Shown: positions 17,594-30,359 of the stretch, piece after piece
How positions within the stretch are numbered: position 1 is the stretch's first letter
Layout of the letters: each line of letters begins with the position of its first letter
Origin: an uncultured Micavibrio sp.
GTDB taxonomy: Bacteria; Pseudomonadota; Alphaproteobacteria; Micavibrionales; UBA2020
Length of the DNA stretch: 64,000 bases
Assembly (NCBI GenBank): GCA_964534445.1
Contig: CAZHOE010000006.1
Span: 1,795 to 65,794 of the forward strand
Direction: 5' to 3'
The notes under the pieces: model-generated
Database searches by the model: none
The model's input: only the letters and a program-made list of their open reading frames with translations
What the model was told of the DNA's origin: nothing
Position numbers and translations under genes: made by a program

Positions 17594-20500
17594 ATGGGAG
17601 GCTTTTCTCGCCTCTTCTTCCTCTCTCAATTCCTGGGGGCTTCTTTGGGAGGACGTATATTATTTCTGGGCTTGCTCTGCGGTCTGACCTTGCTGGTTAT
17701 GCCGCTTTTGGCATTTGATGCGGCGGCGGGCGCGTCCAGCGGGCGCACGGGTGCCGGTGGCGCGGTTGTCATCAATACCGGCGCAGAAAACGCCAAAACC
17801 ATTACCAGCAATGTCCCGACAGCAAACAATCCGCTGACCGCAAACGTCCGCCCGTTGTTCCTGTCCAGTAAATCATCGGTCTACGACATTGCGCAAAACG
17901 TCCAGATTTTCGAAGGCCCCCGCGAACAAGTCTCGCTTACCCAGTTGCTGCCGCAATTCAAAAAGGGTGCCGGCAAAGTACAAAATCAGGGGCCCATTAC
18001 CCTTCAAAAAAGCACCTCGGGCTATTGGCTGATCTTCGCCGTTTATAACCGCAACCCCGCCAAAAGTCTTTGGATACTCGACCTTGGCGATCGCCATACG
18101 GGCAGCAACGGGCTTGTCGACCGCATCGCTATTTTCAGCGATGCGGCCCCCGACCAGCCCCTGATGATCGACGGCCGTCTTGTCCAAAACAAGCTGCACG
18201 TGCGCGGCCAGCGCGAAAATGCCGTACCGCTGAGCTTTGACCCCGGCCAGGGGCGCGTGATCGGGATTTACGTCGAACCCACGCATGGCGCCACGCTGAA
18301 CCTGTCTATGCAGCTGAAAGAACAGGAAACGTTTGTCACCACGTATGACGAGCGCAACCTGCAAAAAAATATCCTGTTGGTTGCGACGCTCTTGCTGGTG
18401 GGCACATATCTTATTTTCTGGAGCAATTACCGCCGCCAGATCCCGCTGCTGCTCGGCGGCTATCTGCTTTTGCAATATTTTACCTATACGGCGGGTGATG
18501 AAATTATCCCCTTCGGTAACAATACGGCCGCAGTTTATCTGGATCTTTTGAACGCCGCCACAGCTTTCATTGCCCTGACGCTGGCACATCAGGTGCTGGT
18601 CGCTGGCGAAAGGCCGGGTAAAAAGCAGGCGATCCTGATTGCCGGCAAAGGTGCGACAATTCTGCTCGCACTTGCCGCGCTTGCACTGCAGCGCGGTTTT
18701 GCCGTCACGGATCTTGTCCTGATCCATTACATGCCCATGATTTTCTCTGCCGTTATTCTGGTTGTCGGCATGATGACGGTCTCCGGCGGCAGACGGCCGA
18801 TGTCCCTGCCTTTTTCTCTCGCCTTTGCGCTCTTGCTGGTCGGCGGTTTTATCTCGCAGATGAGCGCCGGCGGGAGCGGCTTTGCGGCCGGCAACAATCT
18901 TTACTGGCTGGCCTTTACCGCGCACTTGATGCTGTTATCCTTCTCTTCCCTGCGCTTTTTGACCGTTTCCGAAGATTTGCAACGGCGCGACCGCGAAGCG
19001 CTACGCCGCAAGCGCGAAGAAGAAATGGAAATGCGCAAGACCAAGGAAATGGCGGATCAAAATCGCATGCTGGGCGTGATGCAGCGTGAAAAAGAGCTGA
19101 TGGCCGATCTGCGCAACCGCGAAAGCGAACGTATTCAGGCCCTGCGCCACGCCAAAGAAGTGGCCGATCAGGCCAACAAGGCCAAATCCGACTTTCTGGC
19201 CGTGATCAGTCACGAGATCCGCACCCCCATGACAGGGATCATGGGGATGATCCGTCTGTTACTGGATACAACGCTGGATAAACGGCAGGAAGAATATGCG
19301 CGCACCATCCAGTACTCCGGCGATGCGCTGCTGACATTGTTGAATGATATCCTTGACCTCTCCAAAGTCGAGGAAGGCAAAATGACGTTGGAGAACATCG
19401 ACTTCGACCTCGGCAAACTGCTGGAGAGTGTGGCGATGCTGATGTCCGGCCGCGCGGAAGAAAAGAAAATCGGCCTGAAGGTCGAAATCGCCCCCGACAC
19501 ACCATTGACATTAAAGGGCGATCCCACGCGCCTGCGCCAGATTTTCCTGAACCTGATCGGCAACGCGATCAAGTTTACCGATGCGGGCTTTGTCACCTTG
19601 ACCGTGCGCCCCTATGATAAAGAAGCAAGCCGTCCACGCCTTTACTTTGCTGTTACAGATACCGGTATCGGCATTTCCGACGATGCGCAGAAAAGACTCT
19701 TTACGCCCTATGCGCAGGCCGATGCGAGCGTCGCGCGCAATTTTGGCGGCACGGGTCTCGGCCTTGCCATTTGTAAACGTCTGGTCGAAGCGATGGGCGG
19801 CATGATCCAGATCCACAGCGCGCCCGGCCGCGGCACGACATTCTACTTCATCCTGTCGCTCGACCTTGGCGTTGGCGAAGCGCAGGCCGCCGAAGAAGCC
19901 AAGCCCGAGGTCACACCGCTCAGCATTCTGGTCGTCGATGACAACATCATCAACCAGCGTGTGGTTGCAGGCTTGCTGGAAAAAGACGGTCACCGGATGA
20001 TCACGGTCGGCAGTGCCGACGAGGCGCTGACCCAATTGCGTAAAGATCGTTTCGATGTCATCCTGATGGACATGGAAATGCCCAATACGGACGGCGTTGC
20101 AGCAACGAAACTGATCCGCGCCCTGCACGACCCCGAAAAAGCACAGGTCACTGTTGTTGCCATGACGGCCAATACACGTCAGGAAGATGTCGACCGCTGC
20201 TATGCCGCGGGTATGAACGATTTCATCAGCAAACCTGTCAATCCGGACGACCTGCGCCATAAACTCGCCGCGCTGGCGGTGCATAAAAATCCCGGCACCG
20301 TCGGGCAGCATTTGCGCAGTACCGCCCCCGCGGCGGCGGCCCCGACACCGCAGGAAGAAGCACCCACAACGGTACCTGCGGAAAATACCGCGCACATTGC
20401 GCCCGCAGAGATCGCGGATGAAGACATCCCCGTCGTCTTGCCGGAAGTTGACCCCAACGAAGCTTTCCCCGACCCCGACGCGGAAGAGCAGGCCGCCGCA

Positions 20501-21178
20501 CGGGTGGACGATATCAAGGTTGAACTGCCCGATGTTAATCCCGATGAGCCGTTCCCCGATCCCGACGCGGAAGAAGAACGCGCCCGCGCTGCCCAAGATA
20601 TAAATGTCGAGCTGCCGGAAGTTAATCCGGATGAGCCTTTCCCTGATCCGGATGCAGAGGAAGAAAAGGCCGCCGCCCCCGCCAGCACACAGGATATTCC
20701 GCTGCCCGATTTCGACAACATTGATCCGAACGAGCCCTTCCCCGATCCGGATGCGGAAGAAGCCGCGCAGGTCGCCGTTTCTGCCGCGCCTGCAACAGCG
20801 CCGACGGCGCCGGCTCTCGATATGAACGCGGCACGTCAATATTTTGACCCCGACATGCTGGGCAGCCTCAAGGATAGCCTCGGCGCCGATCAGATGGATG
20901 AAATGATGGCCGGCCTTTACGAGAAAACGGAAGAGTTGATCACCGATGCCGAAAAGGCCGTGACCGATAACGATGTGGCCGCCCTTGTCCACCGCGGGCA
21001 TGACATCAAGGGTATGACGTCAAACTTCGGCATGACCGCTGTCAGCGAACTTGCCGGCCGGCTGGAGCGCCAGGCCAAGGAAAACTTCCCTCTGGATACG
21101 CTGGCCGATATCGTTCGCCAGTTGCGCCCCGCCTATAATGAAACGCGCAAACTGCTCGATACCTTTATGAAGAGCTAG
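17594..21178 (+). CDS. Hybrid sensor histidine kinase/response regulator: periplasmic sensor plus multi-TM region, HisKA, HATPase, REC, acidic repeat linker, HPt
   Basis: AGGAG lies 6 nt upstream of the ATG. H-box [20 protein letters not shown]; N box [10 protein letters not shown]; G boxes DTGIGI and [15 protein letters not shown]; [14 protein letters not shown]...[12 protein letters not shown]...KP; HPt [14 protein letters not shown]. The N-terminal half resembles 7TMR-DISM sensors (tentative). Confidence 0.9.
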   Translation: MGGFSRLFFLSQFLGASLGGRILFLGLLCGLTLLVMPLLAFDAAAGASSGRTGAGGAVVINTGAENAKTITSNVPTANNPLTANVRPLFLSSKSSVYDIAQNVQIFEGPREQVSLTQLLPQFKKGAGKVQNQGPITLQKSTSGYWLIFAVYNRNPAKSLWILDLGDRHTGSNGLVDRIAIFSDAAPDQPLMIDGRLVQNKLHVRGQRENAVPLSFDPGQGRVIGIYVEPTHGATLNLSMQLKEQETFVTTYDERNLQKNILLVATLLLVGTYLIFWSNYRRQIPLLLGGYLLLQYFTYTAGDEIIPFGNNTAAVYLDLLNAATAFIALTLAHQVLVAGERPGKKQAILIAGKGATILLALAALALQRGFAVTDLVLIHYMPMIFSAVILVVGMMTVSGGRRPMSLPFSLAFALLLVGGFISQMSAGGSGFAAGNNLYWLAFTAHLMLLSFSSLRFLTVSEDLQRRDREALRRKREEEMEMRKTKEMADQNRMLGVMQREKELMADLRNRESERIQALRHAKEVADQANKAKSDFLAVISHEIRTPMTGIMGMIRLLLDTTLDKRQEEYARTIQYSGDALLTLLNDILDLSKVEEGKMTLENIDFDLGKLLESVAMLMSGRAEEKKIGLKVEIAPDTPLTLKGDPTRLRQIFLNLIGNAIKFTDAGFVTLTVRPYDKEASRPRLYFAVTDTGIGISDDAQKRLFTPYAQADASVARNFGGTGLGLAICKRLVEAMGGMIQIHSAPGRGTTFYFILSLDLGVGEAQAAEEAKPEVTPLSILVVDDNIINQRVVAGLLEKDGHRMITVGSADEALTQLRKDRFDVILMDMEMPNTDGVAATKLIRALHDPEKAQVTVVAMTANTRQEDVDRCYAAGMNDFISKPVNPDDLRHKLAALAVHKNPGTVGQHLRSTAPAAAAPTPQEEAPTTVPAENTAHIAPAEIADEDIPVVLPEVDPNEAFPDPDAEEQAAARVDDIKVELPDVNPDEPFPDPDAEEERARAAQDINVELPEVNPDEPFPDPDAEEEKAAAPASTQDIPLPDFDNIDPNEPFPDPDAEEAAQVAVSAAPATAPTAPALDMNAARQYFDPDMLGSLKDSLGADQMDEMMAGLYEKTEELITDAEKAVTDNDVAALVHRGHDIKGMTSNFGMTAVSELAGRLERQAKENFPLDTLADIVRQLRPAYNETRKLLDTFMKS
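20426..20762 (+). repeat. Four in-frame tandem repeats (25-32 aa) with core [DN]P[ND]E[AP]FPDPDAEE, inside the kinase linker
   Basis: [29 protein letters not shown] / [29 protein letters not shown] / [32 protein letters not shown] / [25 protein letters not shown]. Confidence 0.9.
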
Positions 21179-21180
21179 TG

Positions 21181-21939
21181 CTAAGAGGAGAAGCCGTTCC
21201 GCTTTGGCTTCGCATGAAAAACCGCCGTTGTCCCTTTTACTTGCGGCAAATTTTGCAATACATCCTTAAAGTCACGGATCACCGCATCCGCGCCGGCTGC
21301 ACGAAAGGATTTTTCTTTTTCTATAGCGGCCGTACCTGTACCAAAACGCGGATCAAGATAGGCGATCACAAAAACACCAGCAGCACGCGCTGCGGCAATA
21401 CCCGGTTCCGTATCTTCAATCACAACAGTATTTCCGGGAGTTGAGCCATTCGCCTGCATTGCGAGAAGAAACACGGCAGGATCGGGCTTTTTGCGCCCCT
21501 CGACAAGATCGGGGCCGTAAATGCGTTCTTCGAAATAAGGTAAAAGGTTTTCTTTTGTCAGTCCCATCCGCGAGCGCGCGGAAGGATTGCTCGACCCTAT
21601 ACTCAGGATATCCCCCGCTGCTGCCAGTGCAGCCAAAACCTCCGGCACGCCCGGCACAACGGGCAGATGATCGCGATGGTAAATATCCTGCTTTTGGCTT
21701 TCGTGTTCATGTTCCAGATGGGTCAGTTGGTCTTTGTTAAAAGACAACCCGCAAGCCTTCGCAATGCCGGAAAATTTATCATCACAGCCAAGCCCCGCAA
21801 AACGCTGGAAGACTTCTTCCGCCGACAGAGCAGCGCCTTGCTCTTCCGCCAATCCGGCTGTAATCCGCGAGACCTCGAACTCGGTATCGAAAATTGTCCC
21901 GTCCAGATCGAAAATAATATGTTTTTGGCCCGGCTTCAT
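21181..21939 (-). CDS. HAD-IA family hydrolase (phosphatase/beta-phosphoglucomutase-like)
   Basis: IIFDLDGTIFDTE motif I, SIGSSNP motif II, GRKKPDP, VVIEDTEPGIAAARAAG. Confidence 0.8.
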   Translation of the reverse strand: MKPGQKHIIFDLDGTIFDTEFEVSRITAGLAEEQGAALSAEEVFQRFAGLGCDDKFSGIAKACGLSFNKDQLTHLEHEHESQKQDIYHRDHLPVVPGVPEVLAALAAAGDILSIGSSNPSARSRMGLTKENLLPYFEERIYGPDLVEGRKKPDPAVFLLAMQANGSTPGNTVVIEDTEPGIAAARAAGVFVIAYLDPRFGTGTAAIEKEKSFRAAGADAVIRDFKDVLQNLPQVKGTTAVFHAKPKRNGFSS

Positions 21940-22068
21940 AAAAATGCTTTCTTTGAATGCGTCACATTGTGGATCAGAAGAGTAACGAAAACATACTTTA
22001 AATTACCATAAAGCACAAGCGCGGGAGGAAATATCCTTTAGAATCATATAAATATCCTAAGCGCTTAT

Positions 22069-22106
22069 AAAAAACCCGCCGGCATAGTGCGCGGCGGGCT
22101 TTTTTG
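22069..22106 (-). terminator. Intrinsic terminator downstream of ndk
   Basis: Hairpin CCCGCCG-9 nt-CGGCGGG flanked by an A-run and a T-run. Read on the minus strand it is followed by TTTTTT. Confidence 0.7.
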
Positions 22107-22122
22107 TTGATCAAGCGGCAGA

Positions 22123-22545
22123 TTAGCCGACGATTTCCGTTTCGCTGAAGAAGAACGCGATTTCTTTTTTCGCGTTATCCAGACTGTCGGAACCGTGTAC
22201 GGAGTTTGCTTCGATGGATTCGGCAAATTCCTTGCGGATCGTGCCGGCATCGGCATTCGCCGGGTTGGTTGCGCCCATGACTTTACGGTTGAGGGCAACG
22301 GCATCGTTACCTTCCAGAACCTGCACAACAACAGGGCCAGAGATCATGAAGCTGACCAGTTCGCCGTAGAACGGGCGCTCTTTGTGTACTTCATAAAATT
22401 TGCCTGCTTGTTCTTCGGTCAGGTGCAAACGTTTTTGCGCAACGATGCGCAAACCGCTTTCTTCGAATTTCGCGTTGATCTTACCGGTCAGGTTGCGGCG
22501 TGTCGCATCCGGTTTGATGATGGACAGTGTGCGTTCCTTGGCCAT
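22123..22545 (-). CDS. ndk: Nucleoside diphosphate kinase
   Basis: [14 protein letters not shown]...NSVHGSDS (active-site His). Confidence 0.95.
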   Translation of the reverse strand: MAKERTLSIIKPDATRRNLTGKINAKFEESGLRIVAQKRLHLTEEQAGKFYEVHKERPFYGELVSFMISGPVVVQVLEGNDAVALNRKVMGATNPANADAGTIRKEFAESIEANSVHGSDSLDNAKKEIAFFFSETEIVG

Positions 22546-22607
22546 AATTTAATCCCTCTTTGGTTTTCATGTTATTGCAATGGATATGCCCGTCCCCATA
22601 AAGGGAA

Positions 22608-22646
22608 AGCCCTGCCCACCTTGATCCGGCGGTGCAGGGCTTTTCT
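22608..22646 (-). terminator. Probable intrinsic terminator downstream of alaS
   Basis: 8-bp stem AGCCCTGC/GCAGGGCT with an 18-nt loop and T-rich tracts on both sides. Confidence 0.5.
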
Positions 22647-22705
22647 ATACGATCTTTTGACAAATAAGGCAAGGATCGTTAAGGATTTGATTTTATTAAA
22701 CTTAA

Positions 22706-25369
22706 TTAGATCGCCAGCGCTGCCTCGATCGCGGCGACAGCATCATTGGCCAGACGGCCATCGGGCCCGCCGGCCTGCGCCATATCGGGACGCCCGCCGC
22801 CGCCCTTGCCGCCCATCACGGCAGAACCGGTTTTCACCAGATCGACAGCATTCAGCTTGCCCGTCAGATCTTGCGTGACCGCCACGACCAGCGAGGCCTT
22901 GCCGTCTTCGGCAACAGACACCAGCGCAATAACACCGCTGCCGATTTTGGACTTCAGATCATCCGCCAGCGGTTTCAGCTCGCTCGCCGGAATATTCTCC
23001 AGCACGCGGGACGTAAAATTGATGCCTTTGATCACTTTGGCTTCCGGCGCTGCCGCACCCGTGCCACCTGTCGCCAGCTTACGGCGCAGATCGGAAATTT
23101 CTTTTTCCAGTTTCTTTTTATCGCTCACCAACGCTTCGACGCGGGCAACGGCTTCGGCAGGGGAAGATTTCAACAGCTGCGCCACGTCACGCAAACGCTC
23201 TTCCTGTTCCGTCAGATACTGCAGCGCACCTTCGCCCGTCACGGCTTCGATACGGCGAATACCGGCCGCGAGCGCCGTTTCGGATACGATTTTAAAAAGG
23301 CCGATATCGCCCGTACGGCGTACGTGCGTGCCACCGCAAAGCTCGATGGAATAGGCAGACCGCTCCCCGTCCGGATCGGCGCCGCCCATGGCCAGCACGC
23401 GCACTTCGTCGTCATATTTTTCACCGAACATCGCCATCGCGCCGATCGCACGCGCATCGTCGATGGGCATCAGGCGGGTGGAAACATCGCTGTTCATACG
23501 AATACGTGCGTTCACTTCGTGCTCGACCGTCGAGAGCTGGTCGTCGTTCAGCGCGGTCGGCTGGCTAATGTCGAAACGCAAACGGCCGTCATCAACCAGC
23601 GAGCCCTTTTGCGACACATGCTTGCCCAGATGGCGGCGCAATGCCGCGTGCAGCAAGTGCGTGGCCGAGTGGTTGGCACGAATGGCATCACGGCGCGTGA
23701 TGTCGATTTCAAGGTTGACGCTATCGCCGACTTTGATTTCACCCTTAATCACCTTGCCGACATGCACAAACAGGCTGCCGAGTTTTTTCTGCGTATCAGA
23801 GATCGCAATCTCCGCCCCCTTGGCGCCGACAATGCGGCCATGATCACCGACCTGACCACCGGATTCCGCATAGAACGGGGTTTGGTTCACGATGATGTAA
23901 ACGGTATCGCCTTCTTTGGCGGCAGCGGTTTCTGCGCCCTTGTCATTGACCAGCGCCAATACCTGCCCTTCGGCTTTTTCCTGCTGGTAGCCGAGGAATT
24001 CGGTGGAACCGGTTTTTTCCTTGACCGCAAACCAGACCTGCTCTGTCGCCGCTTCGCCGGAACCCGCCCAGGATTTGCGCGCCGTTTCGCGCTGCTTTTC
24101 CATGGCGGTTTCAAAACCCGCCACATCGACGGCGCGGTTTTGTTCACGTTTCAAAACATCTTGCGTCAGATCAAGCGGAAAGCCGAAAGTATCATAGAGC
24201 TTGAATGCCACATCGCCCGGCAGTGGCTGGCCGTCGCCCAGTTTATCCGTTTCCGCTTCCAGCAGTGCCAGACCATTATCCAGCGTTTTCTTGAAACGGG
24301 CTTCTTCGAGCTTCAGCGTTTCAGCGATCAGCGCACCGGCCTCGTTCAGCTCGGGGAAGGCTTCGCCCATTTTGGATTGCAGCGTCGGCAACAGGCGGTA
24401 CATCAGCGGGTCTTGTGCACCCAGCAAATGCGCATGGCGCATCCCGCGGCGCATAATACGGCGCAGCACATAGCCGCGTCCTTCGTTGGACGGCAAAACA
24501 CCTTCCGCGATCAGGAAAGACGCCGCGCGCAGGTGATCCGCGATCACGCGGTGTGATACGCGCTTCTCGCCGTCTGGATCTGTATTCGTCAGGTTTGCCA
24601 CCGTCTCGATGATCGAGCGCATAATATCGATGCTGTAGTTATCATGGCTACCGTTGAGCAGCGCCGTCATACGCTCCAGCCCCATCCCCGTATCGATGGA
24701 TTGTTTGGGCATATTGATGCGCGTGCCATCCGGCAGTTGTTCGAACTGCATGAAAACGTTGTTCCAGAATTCGATATAGCGGTCGCCGTCTTCGTCGGCA
24801 GAACCCGGCGGGCCGCCCGCGACTTTATCGCCGTGATCGAAAAAGATTTCGGAGCAAGGACCGCACGGGCCCGTATCGCCCATCATCCAGAAGTTATCCA
24901 TGGTCGGAATGCGGATAATGCGGTCATCGGAAAAGCCGGCGATTTTTTTCCAAAGATCGGCCGCTTCGTCATCTTCGGAATAGACCGTGACCAAAAGGCG
25001 GTCTTTGGGCATGTCGAATTCTTTGGTGATCAGCTCCCACGCATAGGTGATGGCCTTTTCCTTGAAGTAATCGCCAAAGGAGAAGTTGCCGAGCATTTCA
25101 AAAAACGTATGGTGGCGCGCCGTAAAGCCGACGTTGTCGAGGTCGTTGTGCTTGCCGCCGGCGCGTACGCATTTTTGCGATGTGGTCGCGCGGGTATAGG
25201 GGCGGCTCTCGACGCCCGTAAAAACGTTTTTGAACTGCACCATGCCGGAGTTGGTGAACATCATGGTCGGGTCGTTGCGCGGCACCAGCGGGCTTGACGC
25301 CACCACTTCGTGGCCGTTTTTAGCAAAATAGCCCAAAAATGTTTTGCGAATATCGCTGACGCTGACCAT
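22706..25369 (-). CDS. alaS: Alanine--tRNA ligase
   Basis: 887 aa. [10 protein letters not shown], editing-domain HSATHLLH, C-terminal DHHA1-like [15 protein letters not shown]. Confidence 0.97.
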   Translation of the reverse strand: MVSVSDIRKTFLGYFAKNGHEVVASSPLVPRNDPTMMFTNSGMVQFKNVFTGVESRPYTRATTSQKCVRAGGKHNDLDNVGFTARHHTFFEMLGNFSFGDYFKEKAITYAWELITKEFDMPKDRLLVTVYSEDDEAADLWKKIAGFSDDRIIRIPTMDNFWMMGDTGPCGPCSEIFFDHGDKVAGGPPGSADEDGDRYIEFWNNVFMQFEQLPDGTRINMPKQSIDTGMGLERMTALLNGSHDNYSIDIMRSIIETVANLTNTDPDGEKRVSHRVIADHLRAASFLIAEGVLPSNEGRGYVLRRIMRRGMRHAHLLGAQDPLMYRLLPTLQSKMGEAFPELNEAGALIAETLKLEEARFKKTLDNGLALLEAETDKLGDGQPLPGDVAFKLYDTFGFPLDLTQDVLKREQNRAVDVAGFETAMEKQRETARKSWAGSGEAATEQVWFAVKEKTGSTEFLGYQQEKAEGQVLALVNDKGAETAAAKEGDTVYIIVNQTPFYAESGGQVGDHGRIVGAKGAEIAISDTQKKLGSLFVHVGKVIKGEIKVGDSVNLEIDITRRDAIRANHSATHLLHAALRRHLGKHVSQKGSLVDDGRLRFDISQPTALNDDQLSTVEHEVNARIRMNSDVSTRLMPIDDARAIGAMAMFGEKYDDEVRVLAMGGADPDGERSAYSIELCGGTHVRRTGDIGLFKIVSETALAAGIRRIEAVTGEGALQYLTEQEERLRDVAQLLKSSPAEAVARVEALVSDKKKLEKEISDLRRKLATGGTGAAAPEAKVIKGINFTSRVLENIPASELKPLADDLKSKIGSGVIALVSVAEDGKASLVVAVTQDLTGKLNAVDLVKTGSAVMGGKGGGGRPDMAQAGGPDGRLANDAVAAIEAALAI

Positions 25370-25518
25370 GGTATGCCTCTTGTCCCGTTTGGTAAAAAAT
25401 GAAAATAAGTCATGCCGCTTTGCGGAATCTTCCCGCAGTGCGGCAGGCGCATATCTTACTTGATCTGAAAAAGGACTGCCATAAAAAAGGCGGCGGTCAA
25501 AAGCCGGAAAATCCCGTT

Positions 25519-27576
25519 TTATCTGCTGAAAAAGGAGGCCGCATCCGCAAAAATGCGGCTGTCTTCGGTATCCCTTGCTATATAGGTAGGCCAGCTGCCC
25601 TCCACCACGCGGTCGAGGGAGGCGGTCACTTGCGAAAACTTCAGACGGTAAATCCAGTAATTGGCCATCACCCGTTCCACAAAAATCCGCGTTTCGGAGA
25701 CAGGAATGGATTCGATGAACAAAAGCGGGTCATCTTCATAGCTGACGGTTTGCTGCCAGCGGGCAAGCTTGCCGGGCCCTGCGTTATAGGCGACCGCCAG
25801 CTTGAACAGGTTGTTGGAGACAGCATCGTGTTCCAAAAGTTCCGCCAGATATTTCTGGCCAAGGTCAATATTGACATGCGGGTCACGCAGTTTGGAGACA
25901 TCAATCGTTTCACCATGATTGCGCGCCACGTGTTTGGCGGTCAGCGGCATGATCTGCATCAGGCCTTGCGCGCCGGATGACCTGTTTTTTGCCTGCGGAT
26001 CAAATTTGCTCTCCTGACGGATGAAGGCATAGACCAGCGCCTTATCGACCTGAAAACCACGCTCCGGCTTCCATAGCGCGTCGGGGTAAAGGGCCGCGTC
26101 ATAGAGATCGCCCTTCTCGTCACGGAAGGCACTGCCCATGCGCATCGCCAGCCCCGGCATGCCTTTATCAATCGCAAGGGCGATCATCGCCTGTTGCAGT
26201 ATTGTATCACGGCCGGGGTTGATCTGGCGCAGTTCCAGCTCGGCCAAATCGCTGCGTTCCGCATCCACCAGCGCCAGCGCACGGCGGCCGGCAGGTATGG
26301 CCGACAATGCCTTGACGTGTTTTTCGGACAGGCTCGGCGCCTTCCAGTTAAACTTCACCTGCTCCATGCCCAGCGCTTTGAGCGAGATGATGCCATAGAA
26401 CGTACGCGGGTATTCGGCCGAACGGCGCAGCCAGTAGCTGACCTTTTCCGGCCGGTGCGAGCGCAAATAAGACCGCGCCGCCCAATGCGCACCCGCCGCG
26501 CTCATCCATGCGGAAGAACGCGCGGAATTGGCTGTAATTTCAAAGTATTTTGCGGCATCGTCATATTTGCCCAAACGCCAGCTGGACAGACCGGCAATCC
26601 AGCCTGCCTGCGGCACATCCATGCCGGAGCGTTTGACCGACGCCGTTGCCGTTTCATACGCCTTGTCGAGGCGGCCGTTAAAGAAATAAGACGCCGCAAT
26701 ATCAGACAGCAACGCATCGTATTCGGCAGGTTTAAAAAGGCTACGGCCTTCCGCCGTATCCAGATGACGCAGCGCCGTTGTGGGCGCATCGGACAGATGA
26801 CGGCGCACAACACGAATAATTTCGAGCGCGCGGCCACCGTGGCGGCGCTGGCTGAGATAGGGTTGCGCCAATTGACCGACATCATAGTCTTGCTGCCCCA
26901 TCACGCCGCGCCCTGTACGCGGAGACGCAATGCCGGCACCATTCGGCTTGCGCGCTTCAGCCAGTTTATAAATGCGGTCGGCGTCCGGATGATCGCCAAA
27001 GCGGCGCATCCAGCCGGAGAGTTCCTGAAAGTCACTCTGATACGCAGGATGCATATAACGCTGGAACAGCACATGCCCCATCAGGCGGTCGTCTTTCAAT
27101 TTGCCGATTTCAACATCGGCACGTTTGAAATTACCCGTGTTCTGGAAGGCAAAAATATGGGCATAGCGCGCGGCGTCTTCCTCGCTCAAACGGCGGGCGC
27201 CGGAGAGATGGCCGAACACACGATCCAGCAAAGTTGTTTTTTGTGTCGGCACAGCCGCCATCGCCGCTGCCGAGGCACTGGCCGCAGGCACGGACGACAT
27301 CGATGGTGTCGGCATGCCGGGTTTACGGTGCGGCAGGGCAACAGAAACGGCGTCATCCGCCTTACCCTGCTTTTGCGCCGGTCTTTGCAAGATGTCGTCG
27401 ATCGGATCGTGAATCCTGGACTGCACGGAGGTATCGGGCTTTTGAACCGGTAGCGGGATCGTCGCAGCAAGCGCCGTACCCACAAATGAAAGCCCGACAA
27501 TAATGCCCAGCATGCTCCGGAGATGTTTTTGCCGTATGTTGATCTTTTGCAAAATACACACGCCTCTGTTGTTCAA
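25519..27576 (-). CDS. Soluble lytic murein transglycosylase (Slt70-like)
   Basis: Signal peptide, superhelical N-terminal domain and a C-terminal SLT domain: [29 protein letters not shown]...AYNAGPG. Confidence 0.85.
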   Translation of the reverse strand: MNNRGVCILQKINIRQKHLRSMLGIIVGLSFVGTALAATIPLPVQKPDTSVQSRIHDPIDDILQRPAQKQGKADDAVSVALPHRKPGMPTPSMSSVPAASASAAAMAAVPTQKTTLLDRVFGHLSGARRLSEEDAARYAHIFAFQNTGNFKRADVEIGKLKDDRLMGHVLFQRYMHPAYQSDFQELSGWMRRFGDHPDADRIYKLAEARKPNGAGIASPRTGRGVMGQQDYDVGQLAQPYLSQRRHGGRALEIIRVVRRHLSDAPTTALRHLDTAEGRSLFKPAEYDALLSDIAASYFFNGRLDKAYETATASVKRSGMDVPQAGWIAGLSSWRLGKYDDAAKYFEITANSARSSAWMSAAGAHWAARSYLRSHRPEKVSYWLRRSAEYPRTFYGIISLKALGMEQVKFNWKAPSLSEKHVKALSAIPAGRRALALVDAERSDLAELELRQINPGRDTILQQAMIALAIDKGMPGLAMRMGSAFRDEKGDLYDAALYPDALWKPERGFQVDKALVYAFIRQESKFDPQAKNRSSGAQGLMQIMPLTAKHVARNHGETIDVSKLRDPHVNIDLGQKYLAELLEHDAVSNNLFKLAVAYNAGPGKLARWQQTVSYEDDPLLFIESIPVSETRIFVERVMANYWIYRLKFSQVTASLDRVVEGSWPTYIARDTEDSRIFADAASFFSR

Positions 27577-27717
27577 AGGTAGGTGTTTTTGTAGCCTAAA
27601 ATGCCGGATTTGGCAATTTTTCCCATAACTTAAGAAACATTAATCCAGCAAAACAAGCCCTTAACCTGTCTTTTATTTAACATAATTATATATATCCGGA
27701 CAGGGCTCCGGCAAGAT

Positions 27718-27740
27718 TGAAAAAGGCGGCAGAGTGCCGC
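27718..27740 (-). terminator. Intrinsic terminator downstream of the uracil-DNA glycosylase gene
   Basis: Minus strand reads GCGGC-ACTCT-GCCGC followed by CTTTTTC. Confidence 0.55.
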
Positions 27741-27753
27741 AAGCGCCTGATTC

Positions 27754-28617
27754 TTAAAGAACACCCAGTTCGCGTAAACGTGCGCGGATCATTTGCAGGT
27801 CTTGCCAAGCGAGTGATTTTTGCTGCGGGGAGCGCAGAAGATAGGCCGGATGCAGCGTACACATCGCGGGAATGACCCTGCCTTGCATCGCCTCATTGGT
27901 ATATTCCATCCAGCGGCCGCGCAGGCGTGTGATGCCCAGATTGGTTTCCAGCATTGCCTTTGCCGCCACACCGCCGACAAAAACAAGCACTTCCGGTTTA
28001 ACCAGCGCAATATGCTTTTGAATAAACGGCATGCTGAGGGCCACTTCCATCGCATCGGGGTTGCGGTTGCCGGGCGGGCGCCAGTTGATGACGTTACTAA
28101 TGTATGCATTTTCTGCGCGGCTGAGGCCGATAGAAGCCAGCATGCGGTCGAGCAGCTGCCCGCTGACACCGACAAAGGGACGGCCGAGCCGATCCTCATC
28201 CGCGCCGGGCGCTTCGCCCACAAACATGATGCGCGCCGCGGGCTGCCCGTCGGCAAAGACCATTTGCGTTGCCGTGCGTTTGATCGCGAGGCCTTGGAAA
28301 CTTTCCAGCGCGGCGCGCAGTTCTTCTAAAGTCGTGGCGCCGGCGGCAAGGGTTTTGGCCTCTTCCATCGCCTCCACCGCGCCCATGCTGGCGACAACGG
28401 CGGTGGCGGGTATGGCATCATCCGGCAGCCCGGCCAGCATATTGCCGCTGCTACGGCCGCTTTCGGCCGGTTTATCGGCCGTCATCGGCAAAATCTTTTC
28501 CGGAATCTTTGTGCGATCCGGTGCGTCGTCGCCGACCACTTCGTCCACACCGATATCGGTATAGAACTGCAGCAGTTCAAAGGGCGAAATATCTGAGATG
28601 GAAAGGTTTTCTTCCAT
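27754..28617 (-). CDS. Uracil-DNA glycosylase, family 4, with N-terminal extension
   Basis: [30 protein letters not shown] ... HPAYLLR. Confidence 0.85.
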   Translation of the reverse strand: MEENLSISDISPFELLQFYTDIGVDEVVGDDAPDRTKIPEKILPMTADKPAESGRSSGNMLAGLPDDAIPATAVVASMGAVEAMEEAKTLAAGATTLEELRAALESFQGLAIKRTATQMVFADGQPAARIMFVGEAPGADEDRLGRPFVGVSGQLLDRMLASIGLSRAENAYISNVINWRPPGNRNPDAMEVALSMPFIQKHIALVKPEVLVFVGGVAAKAMLETNLGITRLRGRWMEYTNEAMQGRVIPAMCTLHPAYLLRSPQQKSLAWQDLQMIRARLRELGVL

Positions 28618-28687
28618 TGCCGTCCGTGATGCCTATAATACGATAATTCCTTATAAAACACTTTGCGACAAATATAAAGGGAACGCC

Positions 28688-30349
28688 ATGACCGATATGC
28701 CGGAAACCGCTTCAAACGCCCCCCCGCAAGCCGCCCGTGAATCCATGCCCTATGACGTGGTGATTGTGGGCGCCGGTCCTTCCGGCCTTGCCGCAGCCAT
28801 CCGTTTGAAGCAATTAAAGCCCGATCTTGCCGTTTGTATCCTTGAAAAAGGCTCGGAAGTCGGCGCGCATCTGCTGTCCGGCGCTGTGTTCGAGCCCCGC
28901 GCTCTGGATGAGCTGATCCCCGACTGGAAGGAAAAAGGAGCGCCGCTGAACACCCCCGCCACTGAAGACAAGTTTTATTTCCTGACGGAAAAGAAGGCCT
29001 TTCGCCTGCCCACCCCGCCCCAAATGCACAACAAGGGCAATTACATCATCAGCCTTGGCGTTTTCGCCCGCTGGCTGGCGGAGCAAGCGCAGAACATGGG
29101 CGTGGAGATTTACCCGGGCTTTGCCGCCGCCGAAATTTTGTATGACGAGAGCGGCGCGGTGCGCGGTGTGGCTACAGGCGATATGGGCATCGGCAAGGAC
29201 GGCGAAAGAACCGCCGCTTATCAGCCCGGGATCGAGCTGCATGCCAAACAAACCATTTTTGCCGAAGGCTGCCGCGGCTCGCTTACCAAAACACTGTTTG
29301 AAAAATTCAACCTGCGCAAAGACTGCGATCCGCAAACCTATGGCATCGGGATCAAAGAAGTTTGGGAAATCCCCGCCGAAAAGCACAAGCGGGGCTTGAT
29401 CATCCATACCACCGGCTGGCCGATGGACAGCAAAACATACGGCGGGTCGTGGATGTATCATCTGGAGAACAATCAGGTCTCCATCGGTTTTGTGGTCGGT
29501 CTTGATTACCAAAACCCGCATCTGTCGCCGTTCCATGAATTCCAGCGCTTCAAGCTGCATCCCGCCGTACGTCAATATCTGGAAGGCGGCCGCCGCATCA
29601 GCTACGGCGCGCGCGCCCTCAACGAAGGCGGCCTGCAATCCATCCCCGAGCTTTCCTTCCCCGGCGGCGTGCTGGTGGGCGATACGGCGGGCTTTTTGAA
29701 CGTGCCGAAGATCAAGGGCAACCATACGGCGATGAAATCGGGCATGCTCGCCGCCGAAGCGATTGCGGAAATGTTTGATACCGAAGCGGCAGGACAGACG
29801 TGCAAAACCTATACCGATAAATTCAAACAAAGCTGGATGTATGACGAGCTATACCGCGTGCGCAACATCCGTCCCAGTTTTCACAAAGGGTTCTGGGCGG
29901 GCTTTTTGTATTCCGCGATCGATACCGTTTTGCTGCGTGGGCGCGCGCCGTGGACATTCAAAAACCACGCCGACCACACCCAGCTGAAAAAAGCAAAGGA
30001 CATGCCGAAGATCGACTATCCGAAACCGGATGGCGTTTTGACGTTTGACCGCCTTTCCTCCGTGTTCATTTCCAACACCAACCACGAAGAAGACCAGCCC
30101 TGCCACCTGCAACTAAAGGACGCAGACGTACCCGTGCGCGTCAACCTTGCCGAATATGACGCGCCGGAGCAACGCTATTGCCCCGCGGGCGTGTACGAGA
30201 TTGTGCAGGATGACAAAGGCAATCCGCGCCTGCAAATCAACGCGCAAAACTGCGTGCATTGCAAAACCTGCGACATCAAAGACCCCACCCAGAACATCAA
30301 CTGGGTCGTCCCCCAAGGCGGCGGCGGACCGAATTATTCGAATATGTAG
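28688..30349 (+). CDS. Electron transfer flavoprotein-ubiquinone oxidoreductase (ETF-QO)
   Basis: FAD motif [15 protein letters not shown] and C-terminal 4Fe-4S CPAGVYE...[12 protein letters not shown]. Start moved to MTDMPETAS (AGGGA upstream) to avoid overlap with the divergent udg. Confidence 0.9.
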   Translation: MTDMPETASNAPPQAARESMPYDVVIVGAGPSGLAAAIRLKQLKPDLAVCILEKGSEVGAHLLSGAVFEPRALDELIPDWKEKGAPLNTPATEDKFYFLTEKKAFRLPTPPQMHNKGNYIISLGVFARWLAEQAQNMGVEIYPGFAAAEILYDESGAVRGVATGDMGIGKDGERTAAYQPGIELHAKQTIFAEGCRGSLTKTLFEKFNLRKDCDPQTYGIGIKEVWEIPAEKHKRGLIIHTTGWPMDSKTYGGSWMYHLENNQVSIGFVVGLDYQNPHLSPFHEFQRFKLHPAVRQYLEGGRRISYGARALNEGGLQSIPELSFPGGVLVGDTAGFLNVPKIKGNHTAMKSGMLAAEAIAEMFDTEAAGQTCKTYTDKFKQSWMYDELYRVRNIRPSFHKGFWAGFLYSAIDTVLLRGRAPWTFKNHADHTQLKKAKDMPKIDYPKPDGVLTFDRLSSVFISNTNHEEDQPCHLQLKDADVPVRVNLAEYDAPEQRYCPAGVYEIVQDDKGNPRLQINAQNCVHCKTCDIKDPTQNINWVVPQGGGGPNYSNM

Positions 30350-30359
30350 GAAAGCGTCC

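Noticed and set aside
20200-20721. 173-aa Ser/Gly/Ala-rich minus-strand ORF opposite the kinase repeat linker
   Set aside because: Its repetitiveness is simply the complement of the FPDPDAEE repeats. It has no start-site context and lies inside a continuous 1194-aa kinase frame.
28598-28687. Upstream start for ETF-QO (MERFSSIAV...)
   Set aside because: It would overlap the divergent udg start (28617). The FAD-binding motif follows shortly after the ATG at 28688, which has an SD-like AGGGA.
30147-30359. N-terminal extension of the first orphan ORF, overlapping ETF-QO by about 200 nt in another frame
   Set aside because: The extension has Arg/Ala/Thr/Lys/Ser-rich shadow composition. A strong SD plus ATG at 30360 lies just after the ETF-QO stop.
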